Shown here: piece by piece, positions 1 through 15,200 of the stretch
Layout of the letters: each line of letters opens with the position of its first letter
Position numbering within the stretch: position 1 is the first letter of the stretch
Origin: Rhynchobatus australiae
Lineage: Eukaryota
Assembly (NCBI GenBank): GCA_034780895.1
Contig: JAUZTB010000057.1
Location: forward strand, 16,909,712-16,973,711
Length of the DNA: 64,000 nt
Direction of reading: 5' to 3'
Position numbers and translations under genes: made by a program
The notes under the pieces: model-generated
Database searches by the model: none
What the model was told of the DNA's origin: nothing
The model's input: only the letters and a program-made list of their open reading frames with translations

Positions 1-200
1 TCAGCGGGTCAGGCAGCATCTATGGAGGGAAATGGACAGTTGACGTTTCAGGTCGGGACCCTTCCAGGTAGTCCGTATGAAGGGTCTCGACCCAAAACGT
101 TGACTGTCCATTTCCCTCTGTAGATGCTGCCTGACCTGCTGAGTTCTTCCAGCTTTTTATGTGTGCTCCAGATTCCAGCATCTGCAGTCTCTTGTGTCTC
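1..200 (+). mobile_element. Penelope-derived fold-back (inverted pLTR) element with hammerhead-like core
   Basis: 1-64 is the inverted repeat of 79-142; shared tail AGATGCTGCCTGACCTGCTGAGTTCTTCCAGC...CCAGCATCTGCAGTCTCTTGTGTCTC. Confidence 0.75.
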
Positions 201-1309
201 TATAAATGCAGGTTGTTCTTTTCTAGGTTTACCAAAGCCCAGATTCACTCAGAGTGCACCTCTTCGCTTTTACTGCGAACAGGATATTTCGCAAAAATGA
301 CATTAAATACCAGTTACTGGATGCTCTCAACTTTAAAAGTGGCACAGTGTAAAACGAACACATATTCACAAAGAAAGTCTGTTTCCTAAGTGCCATGAAT
401 TAGCATTTTTATTCATCACTTGGGTCATTTTATTTCCCTGCTGCTATGAACTGAAATTGGTGACATGGACTGGGCACCTGGGACCTCATAAATGCCAAGC
501 TCAATGGTACATCCCCTTAATAATATTTAGGCTAAAAAAAAGGGACTGACTGAAAGGAACTGAAGTTAAACTAGCCACAAGAAAAGAAACAAAGGGAAGG
601 GAAGAAAGAGAGGACGAGTGGGGGGGGAAGGGCGGTGGGGGAGAGAGAGACAAAGGAATAAATAGCAAAACAAAAATTAAAATTTAAGTTATCCCAGGAA
701 CAATCTACTTCTTGTGGGAGTGTCATTTCAATTTCACTGCTCACTTTCTGGATCTCCAGTGCTGAGTAACCAAAAATGAACTTCATTAACAGGGTCCAGA
801 TGACATGAATATCGACCCTAAATGACTGCAGAGAGATTAATTCATATTAATGAAGCAAATCAAGTAGTTACATGGAAGATTGTGGGGAAGCTCATAATAC
901 AATGTACAAATACTATTTACAAATCATACTGCAACTTGTGGTGAATCGAAACTCAGAGCATCACTTTGCACAAATTTTCTTTTTAAATACTAATAATGGA
1001 CACAGCTGGCATATTTTCAGCAATTTCTTGGGCATAAGAATGAACATCTATAACATTTTCCATGTCTGTGTGATATTTCAAAGAATCATTTTTGAAGTGC
1101 AATCATCAGCACATAGTTAAAAACTCCAGCTATCATGTATAAACAAGGCTCCACAGATGGCAAAGAAAACAAGGCCAGTCAATGTGATGTTGTGGTGTCA
1201 GACGGATGAATGTTGGCCAGAATAATATAACTATTTTAAGATCAGAATGTCATCTCAACGCCACGATTCCCTCCATATAACCCACAACACCCCACCCCTG
1301 CGGGACAAC

Positions 1310-1975
1310 TGATTTAACACCTTAACTTTGGATTATGTTGGTAAATTAACCAGGACAGAACTTGCACAGAAAAAGGCAGGGACCTGGAGAGTGTTATAGA
1401 ACAGAGACACCTAGGGGTCCAGGTACATAATTTCCTGAGAGTGGAGACATGGGTACACAGGGTGGTGAATGTGGGGTATGGCATGCTTGCCTTCATTGGT
1501 CAGGGCACTGAGTGCAGGAGCTGGGATGTCATGTGGCAACTGTACAAGTCGTTGGTAAGACCACACTTGGAGTATTGTCTGCAGTTCTGGTTGCCCTGCA
1601 TGTCATTAAGCTAGAAAGGGTGCAGAAAAGATACGGGAGGTTGTTACCAGGACTGGAGGGCTTGAGTTATAAGGAGAGGCTGGATAGGCTGGGACATTTT
1701 TCCCTGGAACATAGGAGTCTGAGGAGTGATCTTACAGAGGTATATAAGATCATGTGGGCACAGATTAAGTGGATGGTCACAGTCTTTTTCCCAGGGTGGG
1801 GGGAAGGGTCTAAACCTCGTTAGCATAGATTTAAGGTGAGGGAGGGTGGTAGGCATATGGAGCAAGCTGTGGGTACAACTGCAACATTTAAAAAAAGACA
1901 TTTTGACATGTTCATGGATTGGAAAGGTTCAGAGGGATATGGGCCAAATGCAGGCAAATGAAACTGGCTCATGAA
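1310..1975 (+). mobile_element. CR1-clade LINE 3' fragment
   Basis: RT C-terminal peptides LVRPHLEYC.QFW and LERVQKR...LEGLSYKERLDRLG.FSLE.R.LR.DL.EVYKIM, with frameshifts. Confidence 0.85.
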
Positions 1976-3094
1976 AAAAATTAGAATGGTTGAAGAGGTG
2001 GATTTTAAGATGAATCAAAAAAAGAGGCAGGGACACTGGAAGGTTCAGGATAGAAAGTTCAAAGCACAGGGCTTGACAAATGGAATGAAGGAAGCACTGG
2101 TGGGAAGGAGGCCATATCTGGAAGAATACCCTTAAGGAGTTGTAGGGCTAGAAAAGGTTAGAAAAAGGGAACTGCAAGTCCATGGACAGATTTAAGCCAG
2201 CAATTAGAATTTTTTAAATGAGGTTTTGGTGGATTAAAACTTAACATCAGTCAGTGAGCTCAGGGGTGATGCATCAACAGGACTTGGTACATGCTGGCAA
2301 CTGAGTTTTGGATGAGTTCCAGTTTATGCAGAGAGGAATAGACACCAACCAGGAGTGCGTTGTAATAGTCAACTTAGACAAGAGGGAGAAAGTAATGGAA
2401 CTTGATCTCCAATGTAATGATAAAAATACTAGAAAATGTAGAATAAAAATGAGAAATTCCTCTTCAGACATCTTGAAAGACTGCTTCTGAAATTATGGTA
2501 CGGGTATGATGCCCTCGTTATTACAAACTGAAACATTCTCCAATTTGACAAGAACAATCCATGGAGAAATATGTTATAAATTAAATTGAATTTAACCCAG
2601 AATACTTTGGATATATAATTTTTGGTAAATGAATGTGTATCAGAAACAGGGAAGTCTTGTTCCAACCAGGTCCTGTCCCAACCAGTCTGCACTAAATTTC
2701 TCAGAACACTAATTGATAACAGAAACCCAAAATTTTATCAATGCCTTCTGCTTTGTCAATTCTTCTCACATTTTTAGACTTGCAAAATTACTGCTGCTCG
2801 TACAATATAAACCATTATTGAAAGAAAAAAAAGCTTCTTTGTAGAACTGAGGTTTTTAAACAGCAGTTTTGAACTATTTTTAGATTTTAAATGTTGTTAT
2901 ATGTTTAGAATTTTTTTTAAATAAGGTTGTGGACAGAAGCTTAAAATTACCTCATGGCCAAATATAAAACTTTTAAAACAAAAACTTAGTCTGTTTTTGC
3001 TGCCTCACTACTGGGTTTCTCATCTTTAAAATGTTGGCACAGACAGAATAGTGCTCACTTCATAACCACACAAGTCAGAGTCCGATTATCTCAC

Positions 3095-3254
3095 CTAACT
3101 GGGCACCCCATTCCTCCTCATCTGCTTTGCGTTTTTCTCCAGGTGTTGCCTGTTTCTGGGCCTTTTTAGCAGCCTTCTTTTCAGATCTGACTTTCTTCCG
3201 TTGCATGTTTTTCTCTTCTTCCTGTTTTGTCAGCAGGGCTTCTTTCTCTGCAGC
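3095..3254 (-). CDS. SART3: SART3 exon 15 (AAEKEALLTKQEEEK...KRKADEEEWGAQL)
   Basis: 160 nt, TCCCAG| and |GTGAGA; Lys-rich NLS region. Confidence 0.92.
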
Positions 3255-6200
3255 CTGGGAAAAAATTAACAACAATTCAAAACTACTGTTTATAAGCCTC
3301 AATTCTACAAAGAGGATTCTCGTTTCTTTCAATGATATTTAAAGCTAATCTTTGTAGCTTGGTCAAGTTTAACTGAAAAGTACCAACAAATGTTCATACA
3401 TTTTCCTTGAGCATGTATCATGTTCTTTACATATTCTTGAGGAATTACATGATCACATCTAACTCTACAAGGCACGGTGGTGTAGCAGTTAGCATAAAGT
3501 GTTACAGCGCCAGTGACCCGGGTTCAATTCTGGCTGCTGTCTGCAAGGACTTTGTACGTTGTCCCCGTGTCTGCATGGGTTTCCTCCAGCTGCTCCAGTT
3601 TCATCCCACATTCCAAAGACTACGGGTTAGGAAGTTGTGGGTATGCTATGTTGGTGCTGGAAGCATGGCAACACTTGCGGACTACCCCCAGAACACTCTA
3701 CACAAAAGATGCATTTCACTGTATGCTTCGATGTGCGTGACTAATAAAGAGATCTTATCTTTAATATAATACAAGTATTCTTATTTTAGTCACTAAAATC
3801 AATAATCAAAACAGAGGCATGCAAAGTATCCAGGAGATGAGAATCTTGTTCTGAAGGTTGTGCTGAGGCTGGGTTATTTCTCCTATTTTTTTGAAAAGGG
3901 AAGGAATTATAGTTATTGGGGTCCATTGTTGTCCTGGGAGGGATTGGCATTTGATCAATGGGGTGGACACCTTTTATCATAACACAATGCTGATAATTAT
4001 CCACACAATGGGATTGACCCAAAAGTTTCATGCAGTAATGCTTACCAACATTTTCCAAATTCATTTCAGACCTGTTGCATTCACAAAACCTTTTGTTTGC
4101 ATGTATTTTGTAAATTTATATTATTAACAATTTTTTCCCTCCTGGAGCTGCAATTAAAGTCATTTAACACCAAGTCTCCCAGCATTATGCTTTACTGGGA
4201 CTGCAACGATCAAAGTTTTAACTATGACCAATTGTTCTTCATAGTTAGTTGCAACAAAATAAAAAATTCTTTCTGATTCAATGTTGACTGGAGAGTCAAT
4301 TATCACTTTGCACATTATATGGGATCACTTTATGGTATACTTTAGGTGCTTTACTCAACATCAGACTTGTAATACCCCAGATCAGGGAGCACAAAATGCT
4401 GGCTATCAGTACTGAAGGTGAAAAAGAACTCTGTTCTCTAGTAATGGAGATTCTATCATGTAGAAGGGAATTCAAAAAGCAAGTCTTTCCAAGGCAATAA
4501 CGCACACCTTCAGTCATCAGCCTGGAGATCAGTTTTGGTTATAATAACCTGCTAGCCTCCCTGAACGTGCAATGATAACCAATGATTACAGTATATGCCC
4601 CACAGTAATGACCAGACCTGCAGAAGGCAGTCTGGCACTGGAAGAATCTCTCCCAGTTTTATTAAAAGTGATCTCATGCCGGCAAACAACACAAAGCACT
4701 TACTTTGGCTCTCCACTCATTGACTTGATTAATTCTGGTCTCAGTCTTCTCTACAGCTAGGTCCCAATCCTCCAAAGACCCTGAAAAAGAAGAAAAATGT
4801 TTTTTTTTACATAAATTAAAAAAAGATCTTTTCATTATTCTGAAACTACTAAAATCAAGAAATATCAATTTGTACTTTGACTTGCACATTAAAGTTTCAT
4901 TTTAAAAAAACTCATTACACCTTTCTATTAAGCGACTATAACTACATGGATCTGTTTTGAAAACAGATTGTTTTTAGATTGCTACGATAAGATTGCTTCC
5001 TTTTTCCTCAGTCATGTCGGAGCGGAAATGAGAAACAAACATAGGTTCCTGTTCCTGATGGCAATCCAGCGACACTGGGTGTGAATATTCAATTATTTTG
5101 TCCTGTTTATCTGGCAGCCACTTACTGCCAATGGTCACACATAAATCATGGCCATTTGGCTAGGGGAATGAAGTATGATCACAGCCTATGGATCATTAAT
5201 ATTAAAACATTTCCAGGATAAAAATAAACAGAAAAAGAATTTCCATTTTCTATTATGATGTATCATGCTATTAGGGTTTTGTAAAATTAACAACCATTAC
5301 ATTTGAGAAACACTTTTTATGGGCAAATCTGGGAGCTATTTGAACCAAAAAATAATGACAAGATTATTGTTTTAGTAACCATGAATGAAGAAGAATGTTC
5401 CCTAAATACTGGACTGGAATAACTTCCTGCACTTCTTCAAATAGTCCTTTTTCACATACAGTATACTCTCAGCTGCCTGACATTCATGGGAATGGAGGGC
5501 ATGGTTGCATGAGAATGGCTGAAAAAAAATTATTGTACTTCACACACTATTCTACGCACAGACCTTTTCTAAAGTTGATAAATTATCCATCTCTCCTCTC
5601 CCTTTTAAACATGTTTTACATTGCAATCCTATATTTTAAGGCTAAACAGTATTTATGTAAAATACAGCAAAAACAAATCAAATGAGTGACTGTACTCGCC
5701 ATCACTTGAAGTACCAAATCTTCAAAGAGGATGTTGCTATTAATCAGCCTATATCTGCACTGCCCTTATATATAAATGTAAATAAACTAAAAATATCTTT
5801 TTGCACTTATTTTGCATAACACTTGAAATAAAATTCACTGTTTGAGCTTATTTTCATAAAAACAAAACAACCCTATGTAGGCCATGCATAGACTTTTATG
5901 CATAGCTAGTCTGGGCTAGGCTACCACTTACACTAAAATCACTCAATACTAAATGCAAAATTTTCTTTNNNNNNNNNNNNNNNNNNNNNNNNNNNNNAAT
6001 TGGATCCTACTACCGCTTGTAAACGCAGGAAGGACCGAGGGCGAGCTGCTGTGCTGTGGGCTGACGGGAGACAGCACTTGAACAAAATCGCATCGGAACC
6101 CAGCACACCAAATTCAAATTTATACTTTTCAAAAGTTTTAGGGAATTGCTAAATATTCTTCAAAAATTTCAAAAGTCCTCTGACAGTCCAGAACTCCCTC

Positions 6201-9200
6201 AGTAAGGAATTAATTTGTTCAAGTCAGTGTAAGGCTTGAACATAAATTTTTCTCACTCAATGACAAGAATGCTAGCAAGCCCAGGGGGCATTTCAATCTT
6301 GACAAAAGGGTGATTTACCACACAGCCTCAAAATTCCTTTTTCCTCTTTCCAATTTTTCTGCTTTTCTCTCTTGAAGACTTCACTAGAATCACTAGTTTT
6401 AGCAGCCAGCCTTCTCTCATTTATACATGGGTCTTTATCAGAAAGAGATTGACCACAGGCTACTTGAGATCAGTTCCCCCAAAGAATAATTTAAGAATTT
6501 TAAGTTCATTCTCATGGGCTTGATAATTGTACAGTAGAATGCTATGTGAGTACAGCAGTGCCTGAAAGGATGGGAGAGGCAGAAACCCTCATCACATTGA
6601 TAAAATACTTAGATGTCTTCTTGAAAAGCTGTGNNNNNNNNNNNCTGGTCCAAATTCTGGAAGGTGGGCTTGGGTTGACCAGCTCCTTTCACACCAACTT
6701 GAACACATTGGGCAAAATGGTCTCATGTTGGAAGTTGTCCTTGATTCTAGTATTCACAGTGTCCACACAACACATCAGTAGGGTAAAACTAACCTGTCTC
6801 ACAATGGTCTAAACCCAGCTCACGTTCCCCATTAGTGGGTGAACAATCCAAAGCTTGGTGAATTTTGCTTCACAGTGATAGGAACACACACACACTTTCT
6901 ATCCAAAATCTTGGACAATGATCATAAATGTTCTTACACCATGGGCATTGTGAAATTTCCAAAAGATAGAACAGGCACCTGGCAGTTTCAGCCTAAGTGA
7001 CTGAATGCCAGTATGTATTGCATTTTGTGATGTTTTCTTTAAGAATGAGAATGTTCAGGGTTATGGAAGTCAGGACGTATTTAAAATCTGTCAATTTGTT
7101 TGAGACTATCAGATGAATCGAAACCCTCTCAAAAAGCTTTCCACACCTGTAGAATCAGACAATAATACCCTCATATTCCTGAGATCAGTTTTTTTTCATC
7201 TTAATCCCATTAAGGGCAGAGAATATTGCTTTCCATAATATCTTCTGACAAGACATGGTTGCACTCAATACCTCAGGAGCCACCACCACCAGGGAGCAGA
7301 ATGGCAAAAAAAAATCTGAGTAAAGTGCTAATATCAGCAAGAGGTTTCACAGAGGTCATCATCTACTGGGATTCCAAGGGAACATTTAAGAGTCCCTAGG
7401 CCTGAAACATTTGGAAGAATGTCAGTATTTTCAGATATCCTTCAATAACCATGTACCAGTCTGAAAAATAGTACCTTACAAATATCAGTACTAAAGTATA
7501 TAATTTAATTTTACTTTTCTTTGTATCCAGGTAACTATCATACATGAGCAGTTTTAACACCCACACTGCAACATTGCATTCCCTCTTTTCAGTCACATAA
7601 CATATTGCCAAGGTCTCGGTACTCTTTATCAATTTAACACTATATGCTCACATACCCTCTACCCTTTCAAAGGTGAGCAGCACATCACAGACATGCTCGG
7701 GATAGTCAGTAGTACATTGTACTGCTCGATGCAAAGCCTTCCTGCAGTGCTGGGGGTCACCATGAGCTCTGTAAGAGAATGACATGCAAATAAAAAATAC
7801 ATCAAATTGCTTCTTAACATACACAGGTGCAGATATAAAGGGGAACAATTATAGCACTTCTGATGGAATCCACAGATCCAATAATACTGAATTTGGTTCG
7901 AATACATGTTTTCCAATCTCAGAATTGTGATCCCTATCACAGTTCTGATATTCTATCCCTTTGGTGAGAATGATTTTTAACATGTCTTATTTTTAATAAC
8001 TCGTTCTTCATTCTACTTTATTCTTTATTAACCTTGATTGATCCCAAGCTATTTTATTTTATCTNNNNNNNNNNNNNNNNNNNNNNNNNNNNNNNNNNNN
8101 NNNNNNNNNNNNNNNNNNNNNNNNNNNNNNNNNNNNNNNNNNNNNNNNNNNNNNNNNNNNNNNNTATTTATTTTATCTCTACATGTTATCTGACTTTTAC
8201 TCTCATTTTTGAAAAATATGTTCTGTCTACTATCCCCAACTAACACGTCCAGCTACACCTCATCTCTTTTACTGGATTAGAATTTTTTCCAAGGTCCCCT
8301 TTATCCTTTCTGCAAGGTCTGGTTTTCACACAGTTCAGATGCAATAGCATTCAAAGGATGGACACCTGGACAGAATTGTGGAAGAATCCCAATGCCAGTG
8401 CACATCAGCAACAGCTGTATCAACTAATGTCTTCAGGAGAGGATGGAAATTAATTAAATCAAATAAAAATAAATTGCTGCTTGACTGGGCTACTATTCTT
8501 ACCGCTCCAAATTGAAATACTCCAGCCACATGTTGGCATATTTTGCATTTCCTTTGGTCATGATTCTATCCCAGAGTTCCCGAGCTTTCTGCATGTTTTT
8601 ACAAAGTCTTGCCTATAAAGAATTAAAAAAAGAGGCAAACAATAATCATTATACAGTTCAACTTCCAGTGATGTGGCAAAGTTGTTTCCCTTGGTGGGTG
8701 AGACCAGGACTAGAGGGAGTCTTAAAATTAGNNNNNNNNNNNNNNNNNNNNNNNNNNNNNNNNNNNNNNNNNNNNNNNNNNNNNNNNNNNNNNNNNNNNN
8801 NNNNNNNNNNNNNNNNNNNNNNNNNNNNNNNTACCCATTTAGAACAGAAATGAGAAGACATTTCTTTAGCCAGAGGGTTGTGGATTTATGGAATTTGTTG
8901 CCACATACAGCTGTGGAGGCCTGATCATTGGGGGTGTTTAAGGAGGAAATTGATGGGTATCTAATTAGTCAAGGTGTCAAGGGATATTGGGAAAAGGCTG
9001 GGAATTGGGGCTAGATGGGAATAGTTTAGCTCATGATGAGGTAGTGGAGCAGACCCGATGGGCCAAATGGCCTACTTCTCCTCCTTTGTCTTGTGATCTT
9101 ATGATCAAGCACATACTATAAACCCTCATCTCTAGTACTGTAGAGCAGCATGTCATTCTTAGCGCAGAATAGTTAATCTTATTATCAGGAATATATGATG

Positions 9201-12200
9201 CAAACCATACTTTCTCACTAATTTCTAGGCACATACCGGGCACACTTCCTCTGTACCCAGGAATATATAAAGCAGCTTTATCCTCAGTGGCACACAGTGC
9301 AAGCCATATTTCTCTATATTCTTACATTCCCGGTGTCCCCTCCATCAACCTATCTCCAATATTTTTCATAGCAACACAAATGCCTGACATATCAAGAAAT
9401 CCTTTTTGCAGCTTAAACATAGAACCAGTGGATGAAGTCAGTAACTAGGTTGGTAATAATGAGAATTTTGAACGTACAGATAAGAAACAAAAAAGTTGGA
9501 TAATTTGTGTCCTTGATGATTCTTCAAGAAACTTTGGTAACTTTTTTGAGGAATATTTAGTTCAGATGGAATATTCAAATTACTGTCAGCTTGGAATTTT
9601 CAGAGATAAATCAGGTTATACAAGTTCAACAGCTGCCAAAGCTCGAAGTGAAAAGAAGGTTGAAAGTAAAGGTGAAGGTTTACTATAAGACAAAAGATTT
9701 GGTCTAGATATTTTTCTTTTGGGAAGCTGGTCTAGTACATTTACTATACACTTACAAGTTCACTTGACTGCTATGCTCTGAAACATGACTGACGTTCTGA
9801 TGATTTTTGAAGAAGTGAGAAAAGTCCTTTGCAACACAACAGATCCAGTAGAGGTCCAGTAGCCAAAGACATTTTTAAAGCAAAATTATGTTTATCGCAC
9901 TAGATATATTAACAGAACTAATGAAGGTAATTGTGATATTGTGAATGGATAGAACCCATCTTATCAGTTCATCTAAAAGAAAATGTTAAAAAGATTCAAA
10001 ATGTTTTTCACTTTTGGGAAGAAGCTGCCTTATCAATGTTTCAGCTCCTGATATAACAAGGAACTGATTAACATGGAACACAAGTCCTTCTTACGCAAAC
10101 ATCTGTAAAATATTCGAACAAGTATAGCCATGCAAATAAATGATAAAACAACCAGACCTGTTTACATATATTCAAACCCAAGGTAACAAGACTGACTTCC
10201 AAGAACAATCTACAAATATTTCTATGGATGATGCACTTTTGCCACTGGGACCAGAATAAGAGCAATTCACTAAAATATCACAGATTTGAGGAGCAGCAAA
10301 ATATGAGGTGGATGTGCATTGTAAGTAAGCAGTCTCGTAGAAAGACGATGACTTTTAGCACAAAGCAACCTGACAGATGAGTGAAAATGGAAGATACATA
10401 AAACTCGTTATGGGCTAAGATCCTTGTGCAGCTGGTACTGACACATATGGAATTAAGTAGATGGAAACAACTTTCTAACATTGCAATCCAGTTATTGAAG
10501 GATATTGTCTCTGTCCTAATGCCACACAGAGATCACCAACTCACCGGGAAGACAACTGAAACCCAGAAGGATCTTTCAGATATACTGCATAAAATGGTTG
10601 ACTATCACTCATACACAAAGGTTTTAAAGACTAACTAATAATACAGATACTAAGAGTAAAAAGGAAATCCTGATCAAAGTATTTCATATACCAGAAAATT
10701 GATATCCTGAAAAATTAACTTGAAATGGTCATTTAAGCAACACAATGAACAGATGAATAAGAGACCACTCGAATTTGTCTGTAACATACGTTACTGCCTA
10801 TAACACAGATTTCCCATTCTCTCAATTGTTTCCAGAGGACAAAACAAATATTGAACAACCAGAATTAATTCAGAAATCATTTAGCTGCCTTTATGAAGAA
10901 TTTCAAAGAAAGTAGATATACCACAATGTATCACTGTGACATTCTTAAAAAAAGGCACATGTGGACAAATGCTTTGCATTTCTTCTTTATAGATGAAGCT
11001 ACGTTCTAGGGTTGTTTTGCTGGCTTCTCAATTGCTTTTTATTGTTTGGCATATTTTCTCAAAATCCCCCAGATTCTACTTGTAACCTTACCTCAATTCT
11101 CGCCCAATTCTGTAAAATTGTACACGAGGGGTCCCCACTCTCACTGAATCCTGCAGGAAGTCCAGAAGTTACTTCAGTTTTAATTGGTCACAAATCAAAA
11201 TATTGTGTAAAAGACTGAAAACAATTCTTCTAAAGAAAATACTGAATTACTTCTCAAACTAAGGAAAAATACTGGATGGAATTACCAACCCAACCAGCCT
11301 TATTCTGCCTGTTACGATAAGACTAGGTATAGGTAACAATTGGTCAAATATCACCTGAAGTATATAGTGGAAAAAAAATCAATTTGTTTAACTGAAAGGA
11401 CGAGGGTGTCCACAATTAATTAGTGCTGAAATGTGACATACATAATTAATATATTTACCAAAAGTGAAGCAGAACATCATTCATTGAGCAAGGAACTTAC
11501 TCTATTATTAAGCACTAGAGCACATCTGTAATAAATACTCTACAAAGAGTTAGTGACCTACAACAATCTATTTTTCCTATTAATCAGTAATCAAATGAGC
11601 ACAACTCTCTCTCAAAGCTTTTCTATAATTGAAACTTATCTGTTCCTCTAAAGAAAGGCAAAATAATCTAAGCTATTAGATGTGGTTCAGGGTTGATTTC
11701 TGAGCCAATGTCAAACTAATAATTTCTATTCAATGAAATGTTGCATGACACAGAACCAAAATAACCTCCATGGTCTAGCGATCCTTGGCGGCAATATGCT
11801 TTTAAAATGTTGTTCCAGTAAACAGTAAGAGCAGGTACAGGTTAGTGAAAGGTTGGTTAAAATAGTTCTAATAATCAATAAATATTCACCAAAGATCATA
11901 AAAGTAACATTCCAACCAATTTTTGTTGTTTTCCTGAAACGTTATAAGATGCCAAAGCTGGTATAACAGAGGCACCTGATAAAGGGAACAGCAGGCCTAC
12001 AGAAGAGCTACAGATCCATTAACTCAACATCTGTAACAAACAAAATAAATCAATCTCCAAAAAACATACCAGGTAAATGAGAAAATGTCAGGAATCAAAT
12101 CTGCTCATGACTTAATGGTCAGAACAATAAATCACTGTAAGACACAGCTACAGTGAAACAGCCAGCAATTTGTTTTTTGAAATAAAGGACAAACATACGT

Positions 12201-15200
12201 TGCTCTATATCCTGTTTCAAGTAATCCACGCCACGACTGTAAGCTGATCTGAGCTCCTCCAATTCTTTACTGGAATCTATTCAAATAAAATGACAAAGAA
12301 TTAGCTGGAAATTAAACCACCAGGAACAGAGGTGTCAAGAGACTTTATCAACGAAGCAAGAGCTTGGTTTCATTGGTGAAGGTAATCAGTACATCCACAT
12401 GTCCAGCTATCTAACTTTGCCTGCACTGACTAAGAAGAGTTTAATTGTTCAAATCTTGGTCCTCAATCACTCATACTTTCCAAATGCTGCTGAGAGAACT
12501 GGTTCACTCTAAGTATAGCATACAGTTATTCAGCAGCAGACAGAAGACAAATACAGTATTGTATATTTCATTTCATACAATATGATGCTCTCTCTCTCTT
12601 GTACTTACGGCAGGTAATTAATAGCTATGGCACTTTGGCAGAAGGGCCCTAACAGTTCACATCTGAGTCCCAAGGAACATCATATGATCATATAAATGCC
12701 ATTTGGATCACACTGCTAGCTGCTATTTTTTTACTCTTATAAATAGCTCTCGTTACTCTTTACTCTCACTCTTTGTTCACTGTATTACACTTTCAAATCT
12801 GCCATGAGCAAACCTTCCTCAAATAGTTCATGCGTGACCCATGACATTCACACTTCCCATCTTTCCTTCATAAAAAGGTCCTCAGATACTGTGTGACACT
12901 TATTTCCACAACCAACATAAGACAATCAGATCTCTCCAGCTACAGGCTTGAGACTACGCTTTGAAGTTATCAACAATATTCAATCTCTGCAAGGTATTCA
13001 GCCTACACCTTCGCTACATTATCTTTCTTGTGTGTTTTAGCTCCATTGATTGCACTGATTTGCTTCCATTTCTATTTGCCTAAAAGCAAGAAGGAATCTG
13101 AAAGAAATACCCCCTCCTCTGCACCAACAACTCTAGGGTCGTGCAGGATTCTATCATGGTCCATTCTTTTTCCTCATCTGCTGCTTGTGTAACATCACCC
13201 AGTCTGAGCATCAGTTTGCACAGAATGCTGATGGCACCCTACTCAATAGCAACACTGGATTCCTCAAAATACAACTGCCTGTATATTGTCCAGTTGCTTG
13301 TCTAACACTAAATCACGACTGAGCCCAAACTGTCTCCAAATAAATAACAGGTCGATTAAGGACTTTGTTTTTGTCCTGACCTAAATCTCTATTCCTATAG
13401 CACAAACTCCACAGATGCTTTCTCATGTGGACCCACACTGCACATAACCTCAGAGACTTTTTTAACCCACAACCATATTTTAAACCTCTCATTTTATCTA
13501 TCAACAATGCCGCCACTTTTAAGTTCAAAATAACACCTACCTCTCCCCTTACATCACCCTACTGATTCCATGACATTTATGTTTTCTCCCTGATGTTCCT
13601 TCAGATGGCCAAATCTTATCCCCTACAGTGGCTTTGACTCTCTAACCATCTCACACAAGTCCTCAATATATATCATGCTTTCATAGAACAGTACAGCACA
13701 ATNNNNNNNNNNNNNNNNNNNNNNNNNNNNNNNNNNNNNNNNNNNNNNNNNNNNNNNNNNNNNNNNNNNNNNNNNNNNNNNNNNNNNNNNNNNNNNNNNN
13801 NNNNNNNNNNNNNNNNNNNNNNNNNNNNNCTCTAACCAGGCACAATTGCCAGGGAAACAAGTTAACATATTTTACAGATACAAGAGATTGTGGATGCTGG
13901 AATCTGAAGCAAAAATACAAACTGCTTCCTCCAGCTTTTTGCTGACAGAATTTACACTTTGCCATTTGATATCTTCATCAAGATGAGGCCAAAAACACGA
14001 ACTCCCACTTTTTATGGTATACCTTGGCTAAAATTGACTCTGCGTCTCAGGTAGTCAAGAAACGCCTGCCAGAGCTCCACGTAGTCTGTAGCCTGGATGA
14101 ACCCAGCGTTCAATGCCTTTTCAAAAGTATCTACCAATTATAATAAAAACAGTAATCAGTTGCACTGTAATAATGTTCTACGTTATAGTATTTAATGATT
14201 ACTGTAAAATATTCTAAAATGTATTACCAACTTCCACTTTTCCAATTACCCATCTCATCTCCTTCAGAAAATGTATGAAATAATCATCCCAGTAACACCC
14301 ATTGCTACATAAGCTGCACTTCCTCACAACCGCCAATCCAATAAGGAACCTATTCAGCCTATTACCTGTTATGATCTTGTGTTCAACTTGGTGTCGCTCA
14401 AGTGCCAGAAGATACCTTTTCCACAATCCAACTATCCAAGGGCAATTTCGAACAGCTCGCTCATGTGCAGATAGAACCAAATCTTTAATCTTCAATTGCC
14501 TGTCCTGGAATGGTATGGAGGGCAGGGCAAAAAAAAAGACATCAATAACGAAGAAGAAACAAAGATAATTCATCCTAAAACTCAGTTTTCATGGCATATT
14601 ATTTATAGTTTTACAGACATGAACATAATCCACCTCAATGAGTCTGCGACAAATGAGGAAACAAAGCTTTGAGAATCAGATCACAAAACACAATGGACCC
14701 TAGGGAAGAACTGCCCTGTCCAACTAAAAGTGGATCAAGCAGAGAGGCAGTGAAACAGTGTGGGCAGGAAAGGAGAGCATTGCATACTGCACCTTTAAAA
14801 GTAAATCAGAGAAGGGCTGTGAATAACATCAAAGAAAAAATTAGATCATGCAAGAGGAAGGAGCTGTGTATATTAAACAAATAAAAAGGACCTGGGAATG
14901 AGCTTCTGTACATTCCACAACTAATGCTGGATGGAGAAGCTCAATCCAATGAGGGTCCAATTAAAAGTGAATCAAGGAATTTTGTAGTCAAAATAAATTC
15001 AGATACTCAGTTATGATAAGTTTTATAAGGGAGAGCAGATGCAATAACAACTTTTCTATGCATAAAATGAAGCAGTAAACAGTTTAGTCTAAAACTGTCA
15101 TGATATTTGTACATATTAAACCATCATATCCTACTGTCCTTAAATTCTTTAGATTAATTAGAGGAGAAAGTATAGCATAGTCGTACAATTCACAGGGACA

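Noticed and set aside
11976-12030. Possible stop-containing cryptic exon in SART3 intron 10
   Set aside because: Good acceptor but weak donor (GTGCCT) and no other support.
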